From: Eledone cirrhosa
Lineage: Eukaryota
Direction: 5' to 3'
NCBI GenBank assembly: GCA_964016885.1
Contig: OZ024746.1
Location: 69,812,001-69,876,000, forward strand
Length of the DNA stretch: 64,000 bases
The notes below the pieces were generated by a model, which saw only the letters and a program-made list of their open reading frames with translations, was not told the DNA's origin and did not search any database. Shown piece by piece: positions 40,418 to 56,394 of this stretch. How positions within the stretch are numbered: position 1 is the stretch's first letter; every line of letters begins with the position of its first letter. A program made the position numbers and the translations under genes.

Positions 40418-41440
40418 TTATCGCGACGTATCTGAAAATGTGCTATTGGTTCTTTCAGGTATTGTCAAGCAGATAAATTTGGAAAATATACTTAAGACAA
40501 TCCGACGAAAGCGAATGTTTAAAAATCCGTAGACAATAGGATTCATAGTACAGTTTAAGATCCACATTCGAAAGACAACCTGTCTGAAAGCTTCCACAGG
40601 CACTGGAAATTTTACATGACTATACAGTGGATAGGTAACTCCGAGAAGAAGGCCTGGTGTGAAGCTGATAGCGAATAGGAAGGTGATGCATATTAGAATT
40701 TTGTTGGTTTGTCTAATTCTCATGTATTCCTTTGAGTTTTCTTGACGGGCATTCTGATTATTCAAATTTCTATTTACTATATAGTTGCCAGGTATATAAT
40801 GTTCTTTGGCTACCTTCCAAATACGATAATATAAGAAAAACATTATTACCAAAATTGTTAAGTCGATTACGAGATAGATGAGAAAATAAATTTGTAGTTT
40901 TTCATAACCAGATTTCGCAGCGCAATTATGAATATCTAAATTCTTCGAAAATGGAGGTCTTACTCTATTGAAGAACAAGGCCCCGGGTAAGGCTAATGCG
41001 ACACATAGGAAACCAATCGACACAACCAATATTTTAGCTTCTCGAACAGAAAGTTGTCGCTCGTTATAATGGCAAACTTTGTTATATCTCTCCAATGCTA
41101 TCACAAGCAAAGTTATTGTTGAGCTAATGCTGCTGTAGAATATTAAGAATTTCTCCATTTTGCAAAGAATGTCGTAAGGATACATTTGAGAATACCAGAG
41201 GGCGCACATTTCTAGCGGTATTCCGAAAAGACAACCGAACATGTCGAAGACACCTAAAGAAACGAGAAAAATATGAACAGGCCGTTTCCCGAAACGGAAA
41301 CCATAAATATACAAGGCTGTAAAATTACCTACTATACCAATAGGCATCAAAATAGAGATGAGAATAAAAGCGGGTTTCATAGTAACAAAAGCGTCTCTGT
41401 TAATATCCTCGACTGTGATGCTATAGTTGTTGTCATTCAT
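40418..41440 (-). CDS. Intronless class A orphan GPCR, 340 aa (paralogue of 28358-29371)
   Basis: 7TM, GN, ERY, FTP, NPIVY; shares MPIG.GN, LFG.PLE, YP..ILCK and LLLG.TYPLY with the first GPCR. Confidence 0.93.
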   Translation of the reverse strand: MNDNNYSITVEDINRDAFVTMKPAFILISILMPIGIVGNFTALYIYGFRFGKRPVHIFLVSLGVFDMFGCLFGIPLEMCALWYSQMYPYDILCKMEKFLIFYSSISSTITLLVIALERYNKVCHYNERQLSVREAKILVVSIGFLCVALALPGALFFNRVRPPFSKNLDIHNCAAKSGYEKLQIYFLIYLVIDLTILVIMFFLYYRIWKVAKEHYIPGNYIVNRNLNNQNARQENSKEYMRIRQTNKILICITFLFAISFTPGLLLGVTYPLYSHVKFPVPVEAFRQVVFRMWILNCTMNPIVYGFLNIRFRRIVLSIFSKFICLTIPERTNSTFSDTSR

Positions 41441-42237
41441 TGTTTGAACTTTTTGTTTTTCCTTTACAATTTTGCAATCGGAATATATTCAATTTCCACA
41501 TAAATTTGAAAATATATATTTTTTCCTGAATATTTTTGTATCGTCAACAATATCTTATTAAATATTACAATAATAATGTAGGTTTCTTCTCCAAAGTATC
41601 CTTGATAGTGAATCTGATTGTTGAATGTTAATAGGTCTGTGCGAAATTTAGTAGTTATTTTTATTGTAGTGTCATGTATCCAAGATTTCCATTCAAATGA
41701 TGACAAAAAAAATGTTCATATAATCTTAACGGTGATATTGCACTGAATTCTAAAATTAAAACGAAATAAGTGGTCATAATGGGTGTGAGATAAAAGCGAG
41801 ATTTAAAAGAAAAACGGATGTGTATAAATCTGAAGAGGGGAAATGATTGATGAAATTTCTAACAATTTCGAGGATAAAACTACTTCAGGATATCCCAAGT
41901 GGTATATCTTATCTTCATTCCTTGGTTACACTAATATCAGTCTTGGCACTCATGTTGTTACATGTATAAAGATCGTTAGTAGCTGCCCCATTGTGATCAG
42001 TTACATGGATAATTACTTAGCCTTCCTCGTCAACACGAGGAAGACTAAGTATGTTTATTCTAGGGCTATTAAAAGCTATCATTACTTCAAATTACTAGAA
42101 ATTATGGAAAAATTTCAATAGTTGTTTATCAGTACGTAGGTGCTCCCCCCACATAAATAGTTTGCTTAATGGTTAAGGTGTTCGGTTCACGATCGTAGTC
42201 ATGAGTTCGATTGTCCCCAAGAAGAACGTAGACAGTG

Positions 42238-42268
<31 letters not shown>

Positions 42269-42329
42269 ACACACGCACACACACACACACACGCACACAC
42301 ACACACACATACACACACACACACAAACA

Positions 42330-44735
<2,406 letters not shown>

Positions 44736-45000
44736 TTATATTATACGGCTCGGAAAAATCTCTTTCCTTGAGCTATTTAATTGTAAGAGACTATTTTGAG
44801 TTTCTAACTCAATGTATACCTTTGATAAATTCGGCTCCTTCCATTTGTAGAGGTAATTTAAATGTCGAGTAAACTAGGGTGCTATTTTTAGTAGTATACG
44901 TTTATGAGACACGTTACGTTCTGATGCCATGTGCGTTATTTTATATACGCACAATATTCAGTCTTCTGAGATACTTAGAAGTGAAGGGTTTACTAATTTT

Positions 45001-45080
45001 ACACCCACTGACGAGCAAATGAATTGGTAATTCTCTTTACTAAAATTGCCAAACAGCACCACCAAAAGCTGTCTGGATGT
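45001..45080 (+). ncRNA. Type I hammerhead with GAAA-to-CAAA core mutation (probably inactive)
   Basis: ACACCCA-CUGACGA-GCAA...UUGC-CAAA-CAGC..GCUG-UC-UGGAUGU. Confidence 0.75.
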
Positions 45081-45328
45081 CTGATAGTTACCCCAATAAC
45101 GGTTTGTATTTATTTTCTTGACTTATTCTTAAATTGAGTCTGGCAAACCCTATTGTTCATAGTTAGTAATTTTTTCAACCTAGCGAATCTGGTCCTTTAC
45201 GATTTGAACACATATATGTATATATCTGTGTTTAACTCTCTTTTATATTCAATTATATTACACGGTCCGGAAAAAATCTCTTTCCTTGAGCTATTTTGAG
45301 TTTCTAACTCAATATATACCTTTGATAC

Positions 45329-45411
<83 letters not shown>

Positions 45412-45415
<4 letters not shown>

Positions 45416-46605
45416 TTTTCAATGATGCTGAGGAGGATATTAGAGGGAGCTAGAGCAAAGTGCCTTCCTGCGGTCATGGTTTTCATTGACTTTAGGAAGG
45501 TTTTCATTGACTTTAGGAAGGCCTTTGATTCTGTGGACCGTTACTGCCTGATGAAGATCTTACAGGCTTATGGAATCCCCAAGAGGATAGTGGACCTGAT
45601 ATCACTGCTCTACACCAACACCAAAGCCCAAGTCATTACACCTGATGGGATGACAGAGTTCTTTGAGATACTGGCTGGAGTGCTCCAGGGAGATACATTG
45701 GCTCCCTACCTTTTTATCATCGTAGTGGACTATTGTATGCGCCTTGCACTGGAGAAACACCAGGACTCTGGCTTTACTGTAGCACCGGCTCAGAGCAGGA
45801 GAGTTGGGGCGAAAAAGGTATCGGATACTGAATTTGCCGACGACATAGTTTTGGTAACAAATACAGTGAAGGAGGCAGAGGATTTGATGCGGGAGGTTGA
45901 GACTGTGTCGAAGAGTGTGGGGCTGAGAATGAATGAGACTAAAACAAAATATCTGGTAGAGAATGTTGAGAAGCCAGAGGGGATCACTAATGTAGGCGGG
46001 AAGCCGCCGGAATTGGTTGAGGACTTCCTGTATTTGGGAGCAAAGATTGGGAATACGGAAGATGATGTGGTTGAGAGGAAGAGCAAGGCCTGGACGGCGT
46101 GTCACAGCTTGAGATCGGTGTGGAAGTCGGACCTTCGTAGAGACCTGAAAATCCGCCTCTTCATTGCTGTAGTGGAGTCTGTGCTGCTGTATGGGTCTGA
46201 GACTTGGACACTGACCAAGAGACTCACTCAGATGGTGGATGGGTGCTACACGAGAATGCTGAGGATGGCTCTGAACATTAATCAGTATACACTGAGGATG
46301 AAAAACTCAGAGCTGTATGGGAGCATCCCAAAAGTCAGCTCAAAAGTGACACAGAGGAGACTGAGGTTGGCTGGACATGCTCACCGACATCCAGAGTGGA
46401 CATTGCACTCAGTGCTCCTTTGGGAGCCCCTACATGGACACACTAGAAGAGGAAGACCAAGGTTAACATATGTTGATGCCCTAAGGACAGACACTGGTCT
46501 GTTGGAGATGCAGGATATGGCAGCGATAATGAGGGACAGAGACCGCTGGAGAGAACTCGTCCATGGATCTCGGGAATTTTACCCGCCTTAGATAGATAGA
46601 TAGAT
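45412..46605 (+). mobile_element. 5'-truncated RTE-group LINE (open RT C-terminal ORF 45422-46591)
   Basis: FIDFRKAFDSV, GVLQGDTLAPYLF, FADDIVL, FLYLG, LLYGSETW, RRLRLAGH, RGRP; starts in (TA)n and ends in (TAGA)n. Confidence 0.88.
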
Positions 46606-46632
46606 ATATATATGTGTGTGTGTGTGTGTGTC

Positions 46633-46681
<49 letters not shown>

Positions 46682-46689
46682 GTATATAT

Positions 46690-47380
46690 TGTTATGCTTT
46701 GGGAGGGTCATGTTGCCAATACGAAACACACGCACCAGTTACTTTCACTTCAATTTATTATAAATTAAATTTATAAATTTAGGAATTTATAAATTTCCGG
46801 TTGGTTGGTTGGTTCCACAACCAGACGATTGTTCATATATTGTCAAAGTTCTTTCGTCACACATTCTGTGACCTCTTCAGTGACTGGGATTCTTTTCTTT
46901 GTTTTTGTGCCTCTCCTTTGTTCTGTCCTACGCCATCTTGTTTTTGTGTGCTTGGTTTGCGCATGTGTTACACCCGGGTGTCTGTGTGTGTTTATATTTG
47001 TTTATTTATTTGTTTATTTACATGTTACTGGCTGGTTGTTTGTTATATGTGTGTGTGTGTTTTCATTTTGTCCTTAATTGTAAGTTGTGATGTTGCTATT
47101 CCATTCATGTTTTCTATTTAATTTTGGTTGGAGTTCATTTATGTTTATTGCCTCTGTGATTGTCTAAACATTGCGTCTTTTCTGTGTGTAGAATCTATTT
47201 TTATTTCTATGTTCTCTAATTTACCCTTATGTTCTATTTTAGCATGTTGGTGGAGTACAGATGATTCTTTACTATCTTGAAGCTCTCGCCAGTGTTCATT
47301 TATCCGTTCTCCTATACTACGAGCTGTCTCACCTATGTACACTATATTTTTATCTCTACATTGTCCTTCAGTACATCTTC
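46690..47380 (-). mobile_element. Penelope-like element 3' fragment (GIY-YIG plus hammerhead-bearing 3' UTR)
   Basis: YIGETARSIGERINEH...LHQHAKIEH; bounded by (TA)n/(TG)n. Confidence 0.82.
46842..46884 (-). ncRNA. Minimal hammerhead in a PLE 3' UTR
   Basis: GUCA-CUGAAGA-G GUCACA gaaug UGUGAC-GAAA-GAAC-UU-UGAC. Confidence 0.8.
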
Positions 47381-47390
47381 AGAAACGAAA

Positions 47391-47448
<58 letters not shown>

Positions 47449-47501
47449 CGCATGTATGTATACATGCATGTATTTATGTATGTATGCATTTACGTATGTA
47501 T

Positions 47502-47585
<84 letters not shown>

Positions 47586-48096
47586 ACAATTATGATTATT
47601 ATAGGAAAGTTGTCAAATGGATTAACACGGTTATTGTCTGTTTATCATTATAAAGGCCGCACAAGTTATTGGTAGTAGCGCCACGAGAGACCAGTTCTAT
47701 AGAAAGATGTGGTAAGAACATCGACAACGACTTTGGCTTGTTTACATTATATATTTAACAAGGTTGAGTCATGTAGAGCTGAGTAGGCCAGGCATGCCAA
47801 GAGTTATAAAATAAGGAACGAATTAAGGATTTCAGAAGACACGGTTATTCGATGAAATAATAATAAGAATAAATGCTTTGGTTATACCTGATGTTTAATG
47901 TTCCGAAGAATGGACTGCAGTAATTAGCACGTGAAGGTCCCATGGTGGGGATCCCATCACGTGCTCAATCGCCAGAGCAAAGCTATTTACGTCTGGCTAC
48001 TTCGGACGATGCAGTCAGACTCCCTGGTGTCTACCAGCGCTGCTGCTGATGCGATCGTCATAACAAGGGAGGCAACTCTTGCTACATATATATATA

Positions 48097-49117
48097 TCCT
48101 CTCCTCTAATAAGGCTATCTTTGACAGGGCGGCACCTTACTATAACACGGCGTTGGTTAACAGCGGCTTCTCACAACCTATCACCTACTCTCCTACTAGC
48201 AACAACACCATTAAGAAAAGTAAGCGCATCAATAGACAAACTATCTGGTTCTCTCCTCCCTTCTCACTCAACGTTAAAACCAATGTAGGAAAAAAATGTC
48301 TAGCCCTCTTAGATAGACACTTCCCCATAGGTCATAAATACCGCTCCATCTTTAACCGACACAAAGTTAAACTAGGATACTCCTGCGCTAAGAACATGAA
48401 GGCCCACATCACCAGCAGCCCTAGGAGCAACACCCCACCAGGGTGCTCTTGCCGTAAGCCTGAAGCTTTCCCCCCTTCAACAGCAATGCAACACACCAGC
48501 TGTAATCTATGAAGCTGTGGTCACTTCCAACCGACCAAACGAACCACAGGAGGTCAAATCCTATGTGGGCATGGCGGAGGGCCGATTCAATGAGCGTTTC
48601 CTGATCCACCAGTCTACCTTCAGACACCCGGACAGACGTTCATCCACGATACTCGCGAGCCACGTATGGTCCCTCAAGGACTCAAGTATAGGGTACTCTA
48701 TTCAATGGAAAGCCATCACTAAGTCCAAGCCATACGCAAGGGGAAATCCGACGTGTGGCTTATGTATTGACGAACGAATAACTATCCTAAAGAGATTACG
48801 CAATAGTGATTGCCTAAACACGAGGAGTGAATTTTTCACACGTTGTCCACACGTCACCAAACATCTATTGCATAACTACAAGGCTCCGGAGTGATTCTTT
48901 GTAATTTAATTTTTAATTTTTTAAATTTTATTTTCAACCTAAAAACTTTCCGGACTTTCGCAGTTATCTTCCTTACACCTCCCGCACGCAGTCTAGTATT
49001 GCCTGCGCGTTCGTACGGTTGTCCTTCCTGTTCCTATAACCATACACATCCCGAGCTGAAGATCCGCGAAGGTGAAACAATTGTTCTCGGTATGGTGAAC
49101 AAACTGTTGTGTAACCA

Positions 49118-49120
<3 letters not shown>
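48097..49120 (+). mobile_element. Penelope-like element 3' portion (RT thumb/linker, C-terminal GIY-YIG, 3' UTR with hammerhead), frameshifted
   Basis: IWFSPPFS, HFP, IFNR..VKLGYSC, CSC, VIY...YVG...RF..H, CGLC..E, LN.RSE...C.H; inserted between (TA)n tracts. Confidence 0.85.
49051..49090 (+). ncRNA. Minimal hammerhead in a PLE 3' UTR
   Basis: CCGAG-CUGAAGA-UCC gcgaa GGU-GAAA-CAAUUG-UU-CUCGG. Confidence 0.8.
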
Positions 49121-49174
<54 letters not shown>

Positions 49175-49672
49175 ATAGTGGTAGCTATGGTGCTTCCATA
49201 GGCGGTATGCCAAAATTAGCACTCGATATTCATCAGAGTAGAGTGTATATATTATCAAGAAAACGAAAAATCAGTGATGCATCTGGACTTAGTTTATTTC
49301 GTGTTACAAATGTTTCGCCGGCATGTAGCTCGAGTCATGGTCCTTGTATGGATCTGGCTGATTCTACTTCTGCGGGTTCTTTCAGACACATCTGTTATGT
49401 CCGGAGCAAATTTTATCACTGGGGTGTTGTTATAAAAACAACCCCTCAAAAAAAACCTTCTTTCCACTCTTGTCATGCCATTGTATGCGTGGGTGGGTAT
49501 TGGGGGTGTATGTATGGGCATGGGTACGTGGGTGCACGAGCTTATGCGCGCATGTACGTGCAGACATGTGCACATATATATAAATATGTGGCAGAATGTG
49601 GGTGTATGTGTGTGTGGGTGTGTGTGTATACGTGTGTCTATATGTGAGCATATATGTGTGTGTATATATATA

Positions 49673-50295
49673 TCATCATCATCATCATCATCAACGTTTA
49701 ACGTCCGTGTTCCACGCTTGCATGGGTTTGGACGGGGGTTTTCCCACTTGAGGCAAGAGTGATAATCTTGCTCGCATAGGACTATCTGGCGGGTTTTCTA
49801 CAGCTGGATGCCCTTCCTAACACCAACCACATTTACAGTGTGGGGCTGGGAGGTTTTTACCGTGTTGCCTACACGGCCACATTACAGCGTGAACTGTGTG
49901 TTTTTTTGACGTGACACTACACGATCTCATTTGTTTCGGCCTGGATGTTGTCGCACCAGCATAACTATTCATTGAAAGGGGCGGTGTGGATGGGGTGGGG
50001 GTGGTGGGACGGGGGTGTATTTTGTTAGAGATGCCTACTGACTGTAGTAGGTTTTACTTTGTATTTAGGTAAGGCGGGTCTTCTCTATTACTGAGTACCG
50101 CCAAAGGTCTCGGTCCAGTGACATTGTCTTGGTGAGGTGTAAGTGTGTGAGGTCGGAATTTATCAGCTCGTCCCAGGTTTTTCTGGGTCTGCCTATTCCG
50201 TGGCTACCGTCTATCTTTATTGCCCTGCACTTTGTTATACAGCTATCGTCCTTCATGCGCATCACGTGACCATACCAACGTAGCCTTCTCTCGAG
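49673..50295 (-). mobile_element. RTE LINE 3' fragment, same family as 16725-17665
   Basis: (CAT)n then reverse complement of the RTE 3' UTR and WYGHVMRMKDDSCI...GRPRKTW. Confidence 0.88.
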
Positions 50296-50708
50296 TAAAC
50301 AACAACATATATATATATATATATATGATAATAATGGAGCTGCGGCGTTGCAAATGGGTTACATATGAAAAAGTTGTCCTTCATCAGTGGCCTTCCAACC
50401 GTCGTAGGCATTTCATCGCTTTAAAGGCCATATACCTCAGGTTGCTGCGAGCAACGGCTAAAAAGAGTCGTTGGGACACGTAAATAAAGGGGACGCTAGG
50501 GTAAACAAACAAAATGGTTTAAGCAACAGAAAGTGAGAAGAAAGAGACAAGTCCCTATGAATATAAATTCGGCGAAATCGTGAACGAGAGAATAAAGACC
50601 ATCAAACCTGGTTGAAATGTGAGCAAGGAAGGAATTTCGCACAGGTCTAACGGGAGGAAGAAGGGGTCTGGTCTGCGAATTCGGTAAACATAAGTTCTGT
50701 GAAGTCGC

Positions 50709-50776
<68 letters not shown>

Positions 50777-51294
50777 ATTCATACCGGCTTGGCCAAAGAG
50801 CGCGCGAGAAAAGAATTCGGACAGGTCAAACGGGAGGAAAGAGGAGGAGGAGAGGTAGTGACAGAGAATGAGTGAGTGAAAGTTGAGGAAGAGGCTAACA
50901 GAGAGAGAGAGACTGCTAGAAAGGGTAAAGATACAAAGAACGAAACAGACGGGTGGCAGCAGAGGAAAAAATATGTGTAAATATGATAATAATGGAGCTG
51001 CGGCGTTGCAAATGGGTTAAATATGAAAAAGTTGTCCTTCATCAGTGGTCTTCCAACCGTCGTAGGCATTTCATCGCTTAAAGTGTGTATATATATCTAT
51101 TTATATACATATAGTTATGTAATGAACAACATAGGATAGTTGTTTAATTTACCAGTGGTTTCTTGAAAGCAAACGAAATTTACTTTCATTCATCAGAATG
51201 AAAAAATCCTAAGTGTGTATGTATATGTGTGTATGCACATGTGCGTATATATGTATGTGAATGTATGTTTGTATGTATGAGCGTGTGTATGAGC

Positions 51295-51375
<81 letters not shown>

Positions 51376-51932
51376 AATGTATAGAAGGTTGGCCGTATGT
51401 GTGCGTGCGCGCATGTGTATGTATATATGTGTACGTTTGAATATTACATGCTTACCCAATTGATACAAAACAGGCAGAAGGCTCTTGGCGGCATGTATCA
51501 ACAAGTGTGTGTGACTGGGCCCATTGGAGAGAGGGAGAGAGGGTGTGTGAGTATATATACTGCGATGTATGTATGTGGCGATGTGGGTGTCTGAGCATGT
51601 AGACGTACGAGTGTGAATGCATAGATAAGTGTATGTCTGAGTATATATATGTGTGTGTTACTATGTGTTTATTCTAGTATGTGTGGGTGCTTACCTTGAA
51701 GTGTGAGCAGACGTGTGAAGTACTGAACCCAGCATGACTCCATTGAAATATGTCGGACGGAAAATGGTTGATGAACCGTGTGGCAGCAGATACTGACCAG
51801 AAATTGACCAGAAATTGTGATGACGTGGAGTAAAAACAGCCAATGACATGACAAGAGTGGAAAGAAGGTTTTTTTGAGGGGTTGTTTTGATAACAACACC
51901 CCAGTGATAAAATTTGCTCCGGACATAACAGA

Positions 51933-52023
51933 CGTGTCTGAAAGAACCCGCAGAAGTAGAATCAGCCAGATCCATACAAGGACCATGACTCGAGCTACAT
52001 GCCGGCGAAACATTTGTAACACG
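51933..52023 (+). ncRNA. Hammerhead-like motif with 8-nt core CUGAAAGA; inverted copy at 49301-49389
   Basis: CGUGU-CUGAAAGA...(about 60 nt)...GAAA-CAUUUG-UA-ACACG. Confidence 0.55.
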
Positions 52024-52070
52024 AAATAAACTAAGTCCAGATGCATCACTGATTTTTCGTTTTCTTGATA

Positions 52071-54370
<2,300 letters not shown>

Positions 54371-54447
54371 CCTTCCCCACTTCCTCCAGTCGTGAACCTA
54401 ATACAACTGTGCAAAATTGCCTCCTGTGTTTTGTTTGTTTCATTTAT

Positions 54448-54525
<78 letters not shown>

Positions 54526-54913
54526 AATATAAATGTTTACATATACAGAAAGTTATAGATATATATGCTGCAACCGGTCACTTTTAAGCTCTATGAAGAA
54601 TTAATAAATTAAATAATCAGAGCAATATATCATAAATCATGTCCTTAGAATTATTAGATAAAATATATACCATTTCTTCTTCCAATTAGCATAATTAACC
54701 ATATAAAAAATCAATTAGACCAAGCTATAAGAAGAAAGGCTCTTATGAAGAAATCTCCGACAAATAACCGAAAGTGGCCTCTTCGTGGTGGCCCCAATAG
54801 AGTATTTATCCAACATTTCGACAGCATGTAGAAACTGACTAAATATATCATCAACCATACACAATTAGGTGTAAAATTAAACTTAGAAGAAATGTGTACA
54901 TACCGTAATTATA

Positions 54914-54988
54914 TCTCTACCATGGTTTCATCCGTATTTTTAGACATCCAATTAATAGGAATGTCTTGAGTTAGGATTCATCAGGAGA
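54914..54988 (-). ncRNA. Type I hammerhead ribozyme, complete, extended helix II (relative of 21172)
   Basis: UCUC-CUGAUGA-AUCC...GGAU-GAAA-CCAUGG-UA-GAGA. Confidence 0.87.
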
Positions 54989-55709
54989 CAAACTCAAAAT
55001 CAGACATCTAGTTTTTCAACCTGATCGCGCCAAAATTAGATTAAAAAATGGCTAAGAATCGCTATGTTGCTGTGGTCACGCTAGAAAGAATGCGATTGGT
55101 TGCTTACGGCGGGTAGGCTTGTTGCTAGAAAGCGCAGCCAAATATCGCCAAATTGAATCTCAACCTAACGGGAGATTATTAAATATAAAGGTTTACATAT
55201 ACATAAAGTTATAGATATATATGTTGCAACCGGTCACTTTTAAGCTCTATGAAGAATTAATAAATTAAATAATCAGAGCAATATATCACAAATCATGTCC
55301 TTAGAATTATTAGACATTCCTATTAATTGGATGTCTAAAAATACGGATGAAACCATGGTAGAGATATAATTACGGTATGTACACATTTCTTCTATGTTTA
55401 ATTTTACACCTAATTGTGTATGGTTGATGATATATTTAGTCAGTTTCTACATCCTGTCGAAATGTTGGATAAATACTCTATTGGGGCCACCGCGAAGAGG
55501 CCACTTTCGGTTATTTGTCGGAGATTTCTTCATAAGAGCCTTTCTTCTTATAGCTTGGTCTAATTGATTTTTTATATGGTTAATTATGCTAATTGGAAGA
55601 AGAAATGGTATATATTTTATCTAATAATTCTAAGGACATGATTTATGATATAGTTGATATAGTTGCCATAGTTGTTGATGTTGACGTTTGGCCGGTGACC
55701 AGGTCACTA

Positions 55710-56348
55710 AGTCAATCTATTTATATCTTTTGCTAGCCTCTCCCTTGTCTAGTGATACCGCCACCTTCCCCTTTCTCTCTCAAGTTAACAGGGGAATAGT
55801 GGTGGTAGCAATGAAGGAGTGGTGGCGGCGGTGATGGGATAGTGGTAGCAATGATGGATGGAGTGGTGGCGGCGGTGGCGTTGTCGTTACTGAGTTTTGT
55901 GATATGTAGTATCTATGAGTGTGTGTCGCGTATGTTTAATATATATTGTGTTGGAATTAAAAATTTTGTTAAAACTTGAGACAATAATAATAGTAATTAT
56001 TATTATGATGCTGGGATTGGTGGTGGTGGTGGTGAAATTGCCGTTATCTGGCTGTTATATTTAGTGTGATGGGGTAGGTGGTGTATCAAGTTTCTGGTGT
56101 TGGTGAAATTGCTGTTATTTGGCTGTTCTATATAGTGTAGACAGAGGGTGTTTTCTTCCATTTATAACCATTTTCTTTTTTGAATACAAAATATATAATA
56201 CAAAATTGAATATTTGAGCGATATAACAATATAATATCGATCCGAAATTTTATGGGACTTGATTCGGTGGTTTATGCAACATTTGTACTAAGAATTGTTA
56301 TTTCACAATTGATTTAAATATGTTAAAAATCAAAAACTTACGGGAGCG

Positions 56349-56350
<2 letters not shown>
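55710..56350 (+). repeat. Unclassified interspersed repeat; inverted copy at 59891-60840
   Basis: Ends ...AAAACTTACGGGAGCGATT; the reverse complement AATCGCTCCCGTAAGTTTT starts at 59891; colinear but diverged. Confidence 0.75.
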
Positions 56351-56387
<37 letters not shown>

Positions 56388-56394
56388 GTTGTTG

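Noticed and set aside
41464-41706. 80-aa ORF upstream of both twin GPCRs
   Set aside because: Non-ATG start, and conserved only because of the recent duplication.
51165-51200. CUGAUGA-AU-GAAA on the minus strand
   Set aside because: No helix II and no helix I; at best a deleted remnant.
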